From an uncultured Acidimicrobiaceae bacterium (GTDB lineage: Bacteria; Actinomycetota; Acidimicrobiia; Acidimicrobiales; RAAP-2): 64,000 nucleotides of DNA. The notes beneath the pieces are model-generated. The model searched no databases, had not been told where the DNA came from, and saw only the letters and a program-made list of their open reading frames with translations. This document shows positions 37,512 through 47,477 of this stretch, one piece after another (within the stretch, counting starts at the first letter, position 1; each line of letters begins with the position of its first letter). The stretch spans positions 180,872 through 244,871 of the forward strand of contig CAWHFM010000009.1 of assembly GCA_963828505.1 (NCBI GenBank). The letters are read 5' to 3'. A program made the translations under genes and the position numbers.

Positions 37512-37999
37512 ATCTTCGAGCTCATGGGTCGGCCCTGGTCTAGGAGGGGGAGCGAGCACTGCGGTTTGACAGGACGAAAAACGGTTTCCCTGGATACGTA
37601 GACGCGGAAGATTCGAAACCCTTCTGGGCGCCGAACAGTCGGTCCTGACCACCTGAGTTTCTAGCGGTTCTCCTCACGAGCGCGACAAGGACCAGTAGTC
37701 CATCCCGAGTCCGCCCGCATGCGCTCGGTGAGCAGTCGGGGAACGTCTGCCCAGGCGACCGAGATTCGAGTTGCCAAAGTGCCGATGCGGAGAGGATCGA
37801 CGTCTTCTACGGGCACGAGCACGCGCACGAGCGAGGGCTCGTGACAATCCTCCTTATCGCTCAACGGAGATCGCCGAGTTGATCGACGTCACCTGGCTCA
37901 CCAGGGGGAAGATCGGCATGATGTGGTCACCCGGATCACGAACGCCAGTCGTGCACTTCGGTGACGCCGCTGAGGGCGGGCGAGACAAGTGCGACGAGA

Positions 38000-38485
38000 T
38001 CAACTTTGGGCAATGGGCTGGTCGAACAACATGATCTCCTCCTCGCCGGGAGGTTGAAAAATCGTTGCCCACATTTCAAAGTGAGCCCGTGTCATAGGCG
38101 AGGCTGTCCACTCGCCCGAGACATTGCGACGTTCAGCTCGCTCGATTAACTCCTCCAAGGGTGCATCGAGGTAGTGCAGTTCGACTCCCACCCCCAAAGC
38201 TCGCGCCCCGAGTCGCTTCTCATCCCGTTCAACTCGCGCCCAGTGGCCCCACTCCAAAATCACGCTCTGGCCATGGGCCAGGAGATCCTGGGAAAGAACC
38301 CAGAGCTGGCGTTCGAGACGCGCTCGGAATTCTTCATCCCACAAATCGGCGCCCAGTTGAGTCGCCCACCCGTCCTTGTCCAACCTGATGGCGGGGATTT
38401 TGGGTGCGAGCTGACGAGCGAGTGTCGACTTGCCCGATGCTGGAAGCCCACAGATCAGCACGAGCCGCGTCGATGACTTCGTCAT
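38000..38485 (-). CDS. P-loop kinase (AAA_33-like ATP-binding protein)
   Basis: Walker A motif GLPASGKST. Size and pattern match small-molecule or polynucleotide kinase-like proteins. Confidence 0.7.
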   Translation of the reverse strand: MTKSSTRLVLICGLPASGKSTLARQLAPKIPAIRLDKDGWATQLGADLWDEEFRARLERQLWVLSQDLLAHGQSVILEWGHWARVERDEKRLGARALGVGVELHYLDAPLEELIERAERRNVSGEWTASPMTRAHFEMWATIFQPPGEEEIMLFDQPIAQS

Positions 38486-38764
38486 GCGCGATTTCTAACA
38501 TGGGTCGCCTCGTGCCGGGCGTTGACGGCCTCTACCGTGGTCGATCGTGCCTAAGGAGTTGGTGGTGGTCTTCGGCGGGGGATCGGTGTTGCATTGTCCT
38601 AAGACGGTTTCGGTTGCGGACTGGCAAGCGTCGAGCGTGAGGCATCCCGATACGGGGCATCCCGGAGACGCCAATGGGTTCAGGAGCCCCTGACTGGCCG
38701 TCGCCGGCTGATTGAGCCAAGTCCACGCGTGCCAGAGTCGTCGTTCCATTAGCTTTGCGGCATC

Positions 38765-39445
38765 ATGGTTACCGGCCCTAGCTCGCTGATCCTGTTGCAC
38801 GGCTTCGGATCCTCCTTCGACCACAACTGGCGGCAGACCGGTTGGATCGACATCCTGGCCGACTTCGGCGTTACCGTTCCCGCCATCGACCTACCGGGTC
38901 ACGGGTCGTCGTTGCCGCTGACCGATCCGGCGGACTACGCGGACGCGGATGAAGAGATCCGCCGCGTCCTGCCGGACGGACTGATCGCTGGGGTTGGTTT
39001 TTCGGCCGGGGCGGAGTTGCTGTTGCGTGTGGCGCTCGCCGAGCCACATCGGTTCGACCGGATCGTCCTCCTCGGGCTGGGAGACAACGTGTTCGAGACC
39101 GGCGACCCCAACGCAGTTGCGGCAGCGCTCGAGAGTCGCGAAGAGCCCGAGGATGTGCAGGCTCGGCTGTTCCGTCGGCTGGCCCAGTCCGCGGGTAACG
39201 ACCCGAGAGCGCTTTCGGCCTTCCTCCGTCGGCGCCGGCGGCCGGTCACAGAGGAAGACCTGGCGAGTCTGCATTTCCCGATCCTGGTGGTGCTGGGCGA
39301 CCGGGACATGGTGGGGTCTGCCGACCGGCTGATGGCGGCGCTCCCGTCTGCTTCATTAGTCACGCTCGCCGGCGTCGATCACTTCGCGACACCGTCGGAC
39401 TTCGGCGCGATTGACGCGACGGTGAAATTCCTCGGCCTTGGATGA
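38765..39445 (+). CDS. alpha/beta hydrolase
   Basis: HGFGSS oxyanion motif, GFSAG nucleophile elbow, C-terminal GVDHF His. Confidence 0.8.
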   Translation: MVTGPSSLILLHGFGSSFDHNWRQTGWIDILADFGVTVPAIDLPGHGSSLPLTDPADYADADEEIRRVLPDGLIAGVGFSAGAELLLRVALAEPHRFDRIVLLGLGDNVFETGDPNAVAAALESREEPEDVQARLFRRLAQSAGNDPRALSAFLRRRRRPVTEEDLASLHFPILVVLGDRDMVGSADRLMAALPSASLVTLAGVDHFATPSDFGAIDATVKFLGLG

Positions 39446-39735
39446 GTTCCGACGATCGGGGTCGCGGTGTGAGGCATCGACGGCGCGAACGTTCCCAAAG
39501 TACAAGCCGTTTTTGAAGGTCGGCGAGACTATTCATGACTGCTCGTCGTGCTCAATCTGGCCGCGTCTGCCTGCGTCGGAGCAAAAGAAACCTTCGGTCG
39601 GAACCACTCTCAACGAGATCCGAAGACTGATCGTCACCCATTCGGCTAAATGCACCACTTCGCCGCTAGGAGTGACAAGCTGCACCACTCATGGGGGCGC
39701 CTGATCGACCGTAGACTGGTCTCGAGGGCCAGCAC

Positions 39736-40725
39736 TCAGCCTCCTGTGATCACAGATCTTCTGCGTGAATCGGACCGATCGAAGACGGGCACGCCTTGTT
39801 CGTCGGACATCAAGCGCCTGTAGGCCCTGGGCTTCCGGTACGCATCACCCATCGTCTCACGCCCTCGGTACTCCCTGAGCGCGTCCAGATTGAGGGTGGC
39901 CAAATAGACCCCCTCGCCATCGCCTGCCTCAAGAATGAGCTGGTCACGAGACTGACCATTCGGTTGACCATTCTTTTCGTAAACCATTCCGTCAAAGACG
40001 CTGGAATGACCATCTTGATCGGGAGCCGAATAGTTCACCGTTGCGATCGCGGTCATATTTTCGAAGGCCCGAGACCGAAGCTGATAGGTCCGCTCGCCAG
40101 CCATGGGACAAGCGTTTGGAACCAGAATGAGCTCAGCGCCGCCAAGCATCAGTTCACGCGCTGACTCTGGGAACTCTCGGTCAGCACAGATCATGATGCC
40201 GACGTCGACGAACCCGCCCTCAATGTCGAGCCGAGCGACCTCAAAGGATTCTCCGGGCGTGAGGGCCCTCTCCATTCCCCAGTCACACGTATGAACCTTG
40301 GCGTAGCAAAGAACATCTTGCCCATGCCGGTCGATGAGTAGGGCGGTGTTGCGAGGGGAACCTGGCCACCGCTCCAAAAATGTCGCCACAATCGCCAAGT
40401 TGAGGTCGGACGCAGCCTTTCTGAATGCGCTCACCCATGGATCGTGACGGGTGATAGCCATCTCCTGCCACCTCGCCCGTCCAGCCTCGTCATCAGGACA
40501 AGGGGCGTAACCGATTTGCCACATCTCTGGCAGGATCGCGATATTCGCCCCCTCTTCGGCGGCCCTCGAACAGACGGCCAATCCCTTTTCGAGGTTGGCC
40601 AGTGGATCGCCACTTGAAGCGGATTGACAGAGAGCCAGCCGTAGGTCGGTCACCACTCCATTATGCGGCCCGAAGACTGGCACCGGTCTCTTGGGGTGGC
40701 CCCGTTCGCCGGTGATACAGGTCAT
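39736..40725 (-). CDS. carbon-nitrogen hydrolase (nitrilase superfamily) protein
   Basis: Glu (ILPEMW), Lys (YAKVH) and Cys (MICADREFPE) catalytic-triad contexts. Start is ATG 40725 or 40743. Confidence 0.8.
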   Translation of the reverse strand: MTCITGERGHPKRPVPVFGPHNGVVTDLRLALCQSASSGDPLANLEKGLAVCSRAAEEGANIAILPEMWQIGYAPCPDDEAGRARWQEMAITRHDPWVSAFRKAASDLNLAIVATFLERWPGSPRNTALLIDRHGQDVLCYAKVHTCDWGMERALTPGESFEVARLDIEGGFVDVGIMICADREFPESARELMLGGAELILVPNACPMAGERTYQLRSRAFENMTAIATVNYSAPDQDGHSSVFDGMVYEKNGQPNGQSRDQLILEAGDGEGVYLATLNLDALREYRGRETMGDAYRKPRAYRRLMSDEQGVPVFDRSDSRRRSVITGG

Positions 40726-40792
40726 CCACCGCCGGGAAGGCATCCGCTCAAAATGAGCTGGCCGGCGCTGAATTGAAGGAACGGAAGAAGGT

Positions 40793-40987
40793 GTGAGCGA
40801 CCATGCGGAGCTGGGACGTGTCGCCAACACCTACGAGACGAAGTACGGACCGCATGTCGTCGCACCCGATGGAACATGGTCCGGTCTGGGGGACGCCATT
40901 CGGCGAGCAGAGGTTCTCGTCTACCGCGTGGCATTCGAGACCGGTTTTGGATTTGGCAGAGTCAAAGGGGGCGCCAGGGACATGTAA
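40793..40987 (+). pseudogene. possible C-terminal fragment of a PPOX-like protein
   Basis: 64-aa ORF (…YETKYGPHVVAPDGTWSGLGDAIRRAEVLVYRV…) with no room for an N-terminal domain, because it abuts the nitrilase start. Confidence 0.25.
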
Positions 40988-41051
40988 CGGACGGGCTGAC
41001 CGCGGCCAGGGCGGTGTAGGGGGCATGCTGTAGCGGTCTTGCGGGCCGCCG

Positions 41052-42338
41052 ATGGAGGAGGTGCCAGTGCGAAGGGTCACCCGGTTGGTCGTGGTGAGCA
41101 CGATTCTTGTGAGCGGCGCCGTCATCGGCGCCGGGGCTGGACCGGCAGCCGGAGCGGCCGTGCCTCCTGGTCAGGGCGTCACGGCCACGACGATCCGGAT
41201 CGGCATCCCCTACATCGACTTCTCAGCTATCAGGAAGTTCGGCATCACGCTCGACCAGGGCTACTACCCCGACGCCTACAACGCCATCATCGCCGACCTC
41301 AACGCGCACGGCGGCGTGGACGGTCGCAAGCTGGTGCCCTACCTCCTGGCGGTCAGCCCGGTGGGCACGGCACCGGCGGCAACGGCGTGCACCCAGCTCG
41401 ATGAGGACGACAAGGTCTTCGTCGCGATCGCGCCCTTCGAGCCCGCCTGCTTCCTGCAGCAAGGCGTGCCGACCATCGCCGGGTCGTACCAGGGCGGCCC
41501 GGCCTCCGGCGTCGCACCGAACTTTACGTTGACGCCGCCGCAGGCGGCCTATGACCCCGTTCAGCTCAAAGCGTTCGCCCACGAGGGTCTGTTCAAGGGA
41601 AAGAAGGTGGGGATCTTTGCGGGGCAGACCACGGACGGAGACGAGCTCCACGTCGTGGAATCGGCCTTGCGTTCCCTTCACGTCCCGGTCGTCGCGACAG
41701 CGGTGGACGCTGGTGCGTCGGGTGACACGGCCGCCATCAACCAGCAGGCGAACATCATTGCACAGCGCTTCCAGTCGTCCGGAGTCGACGAGGTGGTGGC
41801 CGTCGGCGAGGGCTCCCTCGTTTGGCCCGACGCGCTCCAGGCCAACCAGAGCACCTACCACCCGCCGTTCGTCGCCACGAACGAGGGCACGATAGAGACG
41901 GCGGTGCTCGCCGCATCCATTTCCCCTACGTACCTGCGCGGCGTGCTGACTTCGAGCCCGGTCCCCTCGAACTACCAGATTTGGCACACGCCGTTCGTCC
42001 AGCATTGCGACCAAGTCGTCCACAAGGCGTACCCGTCCGACAAGATCACGCCACCCACTAACCCGATCAGCGGTTCGGACCAGACGTTCTTCTCGGTCGA
42101 GTCGGCGTGCGTCAACATGGCGCTCTTCACCACCATCGCAAAGGCCGCCGGCAAGGATCTCTCCGTGGCCAGCTTCGAGAGAGCCGGCTACGGGCTGCGC
42201 CACGCGACGATCCCGGGGGCCGCGACGTCGGTTTCGTTCGGCCCCGGCCGGTCCTACCCGCTCGGCCCCGTCATCGTGGTCACCTACGACCCGACCAAGA
42301 ATGTGCTGGACTTCGCCAAATCGGCCGCCAAGACGTAG
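41052..42338 (+). CDS. ABC transporter substrate-binding protein (type I periplasmic binding fold), orphan
   Basis: Signal peptide. LivJ-like pattern. No permease or ATPase genes nearby. GTG 41067, 5 nt after GGAGGAGG, may be the true start. Confidence 0.65.
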   Translation: MEEVPVRRVTRLVVVSTILVSGAVIGAGAGPAAGAAVPPGQGVTATTIRIGIPYIDFSAIRKFGITLDQGYYPDAYNAIIADLNAHGGVDGRKLVPYLLAVSPVGTAPAATACTQLDEDDKVFVAIAPFEPACFLQQGVPTIAGSYQGGPASGVAPNFTLTPPQAAYDPVQLKAFAHEGLFKGKKVGIFAGQTTDGDELHVVESALRSLHVPVVATAVDAGASGDTAAINQQANIIAQRFQSSGVDEVVAVGEGSLVWPDALQANQSTYHPPFVATNEGTIETAVLAASISPTYLRGVLTSSPVPSNYQIWHTPFVQHCDQVVHKAYPSDKITPPTNPISGSDQTFFSVESACVNMALFTTIAKAAGKDLSVASFERAGYGLRHATIPGAATSVSFGPGRSYPLGPVIVVTYDPTKNVLDFAKSAAKT

Positions 42339-42679
42339 TCCTCGGCAGGCGGGTCAGACGGCAAGCTGCTCGTGGTCGCGCTCGTCGTTCGCCATCTCGA
42401 ACATCAGGGGCGGCAGGCGAAGCCCGATTCGGCCCCGGCGCCTCAGGGCTCGGCCGACCAGGCACGGAGTGTTCCCTCAATCCGTACACGCGGATCAGTG
42501 CCTCGAGCGCCGCGGCGCACCAAGGCAAGACAATGATGAGGCCCCAGCGACAGGGTGGCACGCCCCACCGTCTGTAGTTCATGCTCCCGCACATCGCCCA
42601 CAGGGATCGCCGTTGCGCTGTTCCATCGGCAGAGATTGCACCATTCAGCTGGAGGCTGCCTCGGTTCGCCCGGCTTGTG

Positions 42680-43180
42680 TCATTTCAATTGGTCTAGGAA
42701 TGACTGTGCCGCAGACGGTGAGGCAAGTTCGACGACAGTGAGCCCCTTATCACTCCGGTCAATAGCCTCATCCAGTCGTGGCCGGCTGTCGGTTGGATAG
42801 CGCCAGACCCACCGGAGGAACTTGAGATCGAAATGCTCGGGGCAACCCTCGGCTTGAATCTCTTGCCCTCGATGTCGGAGGCTCCTCTTGAAGGCTCGCC
42901 ACGTGCATTGCCACCTCGGCAAGGTCAGTACGATCACGGTGTCGGCTCTGGAAAGCCGGACATCGAGCGTGCCTCCGTAGTTGCCATCTACGATCCAGCT
43001 GTGACCCGACAGCAGGCCAAGTTGGAGGTCTATCCACTCCTCCCTCGGCGTTGGGACCCAGTTGGGCTTCCAAAAGTGCTCATCCAGATGGACGACGGAG
43101 ATCCCCGTTCGACGCCCCAGTTCGTCGGCGAAAGTTGTCTTCCCGGCCCCTCCCGGTCCGACGATCGCGATCCGCTTCAT
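42680..43180 (-). CDS. P-loop NTPase (adenylate kinase / topology-modulation-protein-like)
   Basis: MKRIAIVGPGGAGKTT Walker A motif. About 165 aa. Confidence 0.7.
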   Translation of the reverse strand: MKRIAIVGPGGAGKTTFADELGRRTGISVVHLDEHFWKPNWVPTPREEWIDLQLGLLSGHSWIVDGNYGGTLDVRLSRADTVIVLTLPRWQCTWRAFKRSLRHRGQEIQAEGCPEHFDLKFLRWVWRYPTDSRPRLDEAIDRSDKGLTVVELASPSAAQSFLDQLK

Positions 43181-43375
43181 CCGACCAAGTCTGGCTGAAA
43201 TCGGTGCCTCGGTTCGCAGGCTCGAGCCTATGGCATCGATGGTTCGCGTTGGACCTCAGCCACGAAATGCCCCGAGCCCCCGAACACTTCAGGAGGACAC
43301 CGGCACAGCGCCGGCTCTCACGCCAATCGGGGACTCTCGCTACATTGTCGTCCTCACCACGACGAGAGGATCACC

Positions 43376-43687
43376 ATGTCGTCAATCCCAGGGCCCGAGC
43401 ACCTCAGCAGCCATCATCGAGACACCCTGGTCCAGATCTTTCAAGAAAGGACGAACCACAACGTCGAATGGCACGATGTCGTGTCATTGCTCGAGGCGAT
43501 CGGATCCATCGAGAACCAGCACGACGACATCTTTGTGTTCCGCCTCGGCCAAGAGACCGAGGTTCTCAGACGCCCGAGTGACAAGGACATCGACGGACAA
43601 CAACTCGTCGACTTGCGCCGAATCTTGACGAGTGCCGGCTACGACACCGTGGCCGCGGACCTCCAAGACAGGGGCAAGGAAGTCTGA
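43376..43687 (+). CDS. hypothetical protein, weak HicA/YcfA-like pattern
   Basis: GAGAGGA SD. HRDTLVQIF...NVEWHDVVSLLEAIG...LRRP...LVDLRRILTSAGY resembles actinobacterial HicA-family proteins, but no conserved His context is seen. Confidence 0.45.
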   Translation: MSSIPGPEHLSSHHRDTLVQIFQERTNHNVEWHDVVSLLEAIGSIENQHDDIFVFRLGQETEVLRRPSDKDIDGQQLVDLRRILTSAGYDTVAADLQDRGKEV

Positions 43688-43866
43688 GAACGGCCGAAGG
43701 GCCTGGAGCAGGTCCGGGAAGGAGGGTTGTTGGCGTCGCCGACCCTTACGAAGCCAACATCGACGTGACTGTGCTGCACCTCGCCCATGGCCTGAGCGAG
43801 GGGAAACGCTAGGACGGAAATAAGCCGATCGGACACTTCACGGTGTGCTCGTACGGCGGATCGGCG

Positions 43867-44406
43867 TCAGCCTTTCGTAGTCTCCGTCGACGGGTCCATC
43901 TGCATCATGTCGATATTGACCCAGGGCAACTCCATGGGCGATGTGCCGGTCGCACCCTGCATGATCAACCGCACGACATCGGCTAGTCGGGACGGCAGGA
44001 CGGGCTGGTTCGTGGTGTCGAGCTCTTCGATCGTCCACCACCGCCATGCCGCGTGGAGTTCATGCTCCAGAGGCTCCCATCCCACGGTCGAGGGCTCGAA
44101 CCGCTCGGTGCGCCACGCGAAGAAGGAGTCCACGGAGTACAGAGGCTGGCCACGAAAGGTCCAATCGCCCTGGCAGATGGCGACGGGCTCGCCCAACTCT
44201 GCCGGATCAACGACAACGCCTGTCTCTTCAGCGAGCTCGCGTGCTGCGGCTTCGCCGAGCGATTCGCCTGGCTCGACCCCTCCGCCCGGAGTGATCCAGA
44301 GCGGAGGTTTGGGGTCTTGAGGGTCTTCTATCCTGAAAAGCAACACGCTGCCAGTCCGGTCAATGACGATCACGCGCGCCGACGGCCGGTGGAGAGGCAT
44401 GGTCAT
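43867..44406 (-). CDS. NUDIX hydrolase
   Basis: Nudix box GGGVEPGESLGEAAARELAEETG. Confidence 0.9.
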   Translation of the reverse strand: MTMPLHRPSARVIVIDRTGSVLLFRIEDPQDPKPPLWITPGGGVEPGESLGEAAARELAEETGVVVDPAELGEPVAICQGDWTFRGQPLYSVDSFFAWRTERFEPSTVGWEPLEHELHAAWRWWTIEELDTTNQPVLPSRLADVVRLIMQGATGTSPMELPWVNIDMMQMDPSTETTKG

Positions 44407-44906
44407 CTCGCCATCGTGACCGACGGAGTGTTCTCACGCACCGCGAGCCGGCACCACTGCAGCTGGGTCTTCGCAGGGCGGTCGTCCTACACGGGATTGA
44501 AGGAGCGGTCGGAGTGACATGAGCATTCTTCATAGTCCAGCCCGACCGGCACCCCAATCAACACACCCCGTGGTGTCCGGAACGCCGGGAGGACAAGCCG
44601 CCGCTCAAGAAAGCCCCCGCTTGCTTGTCGGGGCGAACCCCGGCACTCGACGAGCAGTCAAAGCGCTGGGGCTCGAACATCGTCATTTTGCCCTGGTGAG
44701 CAACCGCCGATGAAATACCGTTGGGCTGCATTTCCATCGCCGAGCGGGCGGTCGAAAGGTCGGTTCCGGAAGTGATGGGGGGCTATGTTCGAAGCCCGTC
44801 GGGTACTGCCCGAACCCAGACGGCGAGGACAATCACGTGAGGCTGGTCGGCCGATGATCGTCAGCAATCAACAAGGACTCTCAAACATGGGAAGGGCATC
44901 GGGGAT

Positions 44907-45557
44907 ATGGCGAGATCGGTGGACGACAGGCTCTGGGCGCTGGCAGCGGCCGAACGGACCGCGCTTGCGGAGGACCTGTCGGGGCTCAACGCCGAGCAGT
45001 GGCGGCACGGCACTCTATGCGGACAATGGGACGTCGAGGAGGTCGTCGCCCACCTGACCGCCGCGGCAAGCCTGAATCGGTGGCGGTGGGTGAGTAGCAT
45101 GCTCGGCGCGCGTTTCCGTGTCGACGTGCACAACCAGCGCCGGCTGGTCGAGCATCTGGGCAGCACTCCCGCCGATACGCTCGACCGGTTCCGCGCCGTC
45201 GTCGACAGCACCACCGCCCCGTCGGGTCACACACCCGCCTACCTGGGCGAGGTCGTCGTACACGCCCAAGACATCCGTGAGCCGCTGGGACTGTCCCGGA
45301 CACCGCACATTGACGCGCTGACGCCCGTGGCCGACTTCTTTGCGCGCCGGGACTTCACGGTTGCCAGCCGGACCAACGTTGCCGGTCTGCAGTTGCGCGC
45401 AGACGATGGGCCGTTTGCCACGGGAACAGGACCGATGGTCACCGGATCGACCCTCGCTCTGGTGATGAGCATGGCAGGCCGCGCTCCCTACGTTGACCAG
45501 CTCGGCGGCCCGGGCGTACCGACTCTGCAGGCCCACGTCCACGGCACTGAAGCGTGA
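44907..45557 (+). CDS. maleylpyruvate isomerase family mycothiol-dependent enzyme (MDMPI/DinB-like)
   Basis: N-terminal pattern ER.AL...L..L..EQW...TLC..W.V..VVAHL, typical of the TIGR03083 family. Confidence 0.7.
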   Translation: MARSVDDRLWALAAAERTALAEDLSGLNAEQWRHGTLCGQWDVEEVVAHLTAAASLNRWRWVSSMLGARFRVDVHNQRRLVEHLGSTPADTLDRFRAVVDSTTAPSGHTPAYLGEVVVHAQDIREPLGLSRTPHIDALTPVADFFARRDFTVASRTNVAGLQLRADDGPFATGTGPMVTGSTLALVMSMAGRAPYVDQLGGPGVPTLQAHVHGTEA

Positions 45558-45752
45558 ACCGCGGCGCATTTTGCAGTTGGTCGCCCCGACGAGCACGCAG
45601 CGGCACTCCGGGTTCGAAAACCGTCACTTGCCTTGGTCGGCAAATATCTGCACGCACTTGAGTCCTGGCACGAGGGGTCCGGTCGACGATCCGACGTCCC
45701 GGCTTTAGTGATCAGCCGAGGCCTGTGACTCCTCACGCTAGCGGTCTGGTGT

Positions 45753-47141
45753 TCAGGCAAGCACGTGTTCGAGGTTTTCCATCGCGGATCCGATGTTGGC
45801 AGCGAGCGAGGTGAACGCCTCTTGCACCTTGGGGTCGTCAAGGTGCTCAGGTGCTTCGCGTGCCGGGTTGAGCCGACAGTGTTCGGTCCATGCCGAAAGC
45901 TCGGGTTCAGCAGAGCGCGCGACAAGACCCGCAATGCCGGCGCGAGAGATGGGTAGGAGAGAAGATGTTTCGCCTGTGAAGGCGACTGGTGGGCACAGCT
46001 CGTTCATGCGAGTCTCGTCTTGGCCCGATGCCTCAACGGCCGCGATGGTAGCCGCACTCCAGGGGGCAACGCCGATCGTGACGTACTGAGGGGTGATTCG
46101 ATCCGTCTCAAAGACGGGACGCGGGGACACTGGCGGGAGACCTTCAGCAGTGCAATCGATGTAGACCTGCTGTGCATCCGTGGAGAGAGAAGTTTCGTCG
46201 AACACCATGTGTTTGGTTCCAATGCGTTGGACACGGCCGAGCCGAACGACGTTCTCGATGCTGCGAAGAGCATCCAACTCCAGCAGGCTAAGCGTGGCAC
46301 CACGGAACACCCCCGGCTCTTTGTTCGGGTCTATCCTCATCATTACGCCGTCAGCCTCAAGTCGGTGGACAAACTCGGTCGCGTCGCCGCAAGCCGCGGC
46401 GCTTTCCACCCAGCGTGCTTGAAGCTGCATGTACGACGCGACCAGTTCAAGAGGCTGCGTGAAGGCGCGGTTTAAGAACCACCCATCGCGAGGCCGGATC
46501 CAACGGATGTGGTCTGGGTCGACGCCAGCATCGAGGAGCCAGCTGCAGGTATCCATTGCGGTCTTGCCCGCGCCGATGACCGTGAACCCGGTTGCCCGCT
46601 CGTCGAGGTCGACAAGCTCGTTCGGCGGGATCACATGCACGCCCGTGTCGATCTCGTACTTCGGTGTATGCCGCGAGGGTATCGATGACTCGATATAGGT
46701 GGCATCGACGAACTTGCGGCGCACCGTCACGGTCGTCTCGGCACCAGTCAGCCGGGATACGACGTGATGGCCGCCCGCATCGCTGCCGCGATAATCAGAC
46801 ATGGGGAAGAAACGGACGCGTCCCGAGGCAAGGAGGTGTTCTTGGAGCACACGGTTGTAGTAGTCACAGATCTCCGCGGCCGTGGACCGCTCGTAGAAGC
46901 CGGCGTTGGGACCGGAGTCGTCGACGCGATCGTTGCCAAGCACACGCGAGTTGACTCCGTAATACGCCGACGGTTGGTGGAGACGTACGAACGGATAGGC
47001 ATCGAGCCAGTGACCACCAGGACGATGCCGCCGGTCAACCATGACCACGTCGACGTCCGACTGGGCAACCAACGTGTCGACAAACGCCATTCCAGTGGCA
47101 CCGGCGCCTACAACGAGGTAGTCGGTCTCGACCTGGCGCAC
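45753..47141 (-). CDS. FAD/NAD(P)-binding oxidoreductase (flavin monooxygenase-like)
   Basis: GTG 47141 follows GAAGGAGG. Dinucleotide motifs VVGAGATG and VIGAGKTAMD. The upstream 200 aa of the 667-aa ORF look non-coding. Confidence 0.75.
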   Translation of the reverse strand: MRQVETDYLVVGAGATGMAFVDTLVAQSDVDVVMVDRRHRPGGHWLDAYPFVRLHQPSAYYGVNSRVLGNDRVDDSGPNAGFYERSTAAEICDYYNRVLQEHLLASGRVRFFPMSDYRGSDAGGHHVVSRLTGAETTVTVRRKFVDATYIESSIPSRHTPKYEIDTGVHVIPPNELVDLDERATGFTVIGAGKTAMDTCSWLLDAGVDPDHIRWIRPRDGWFLNRAFTQPLELVASYMQLQARWVESAAACGDATEFVHRLEADGVMMRIDPNKEPGVFRGATLSLLELDALRSIENVVRLGRVQRIGTKHMVFDETSLSTDAQQVYIDCTAEGLPPVSPRPVFETDRITPQYVTIGVAPWSAATIAAVEASGQDETRMNELCPPVAFTGETSSLLPISRAGIAGLVARSAEPELSAWTEHCRLNPAREAPEHLDDPKVQEAFTSLAANIGSAMENLEHVLA

Positions 47142-47477
47142 CCGTCCTCCTTCGTCAGGCGAAAACTGACTTAAGCTTGTCCGGTCGCTGCGTGACGCGC
47201 AATAGGCTGACAGGCACCAATCCGGTACCCGACGATCCAGGTCACACGATGTATCGGATGTGAACCGAGCTCCACATGCCGATACTGAGCGGGTGCGAAG
47301 GGTGCTCCACAACGCCGGGATCGGGACGACCTGGAGCGCGCTGACCCGGAGCCGGAAGAGGCCTTTGGCTCTCTCGGCCATCTGCTCGTGCCCGCCAACA
47401 AGGTACGAGACAAGCTCAGGTGAACGGCCACCCGCTGGGGCCTTCACAAGGAATCGCCCCTGAATTAGCCTTAAGGC

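Noticed and set aside
37661-38072. Two short minus-strand ORFs (67 and 72 aa) downstream of the P-loop kinase
   Set aside because: One overlaps the kinase 3' end, and neither has a recognisable motif or SD. They may be remnants of a decayed gene, but I cannot support a call.
39438-39704. 88-aa plus-strand ORF in the low-GC spacer after the hydrolase gene
   Set aside because: It has no SD, mixed codon usage and no motif. It is probably non-coding island spacer.
42340-42680. ORFs 42280..42594 (-) and 42301..42741 (+) in the spacer after the binding-protein gene
   Set aside because: The translations are Arg/Pro/Cys/Trp-rich without domain patterns. A short tail (…LPPLMFEMANDERDHEQLAV) might be a remnant, but no family was recognised.
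44558-44731. 57-aa minus-strand ORF (MQPNGISSAVAHQGKMTMFEPQRFDCSSS...RRSGHHGVC) considered as a possible RiPP precursor
   Set aside because: There are no maturase, radical-SAM or transporter genes nearby, codon bias is weak and it lies in a low-GC spacer. The evidence is insufficient.
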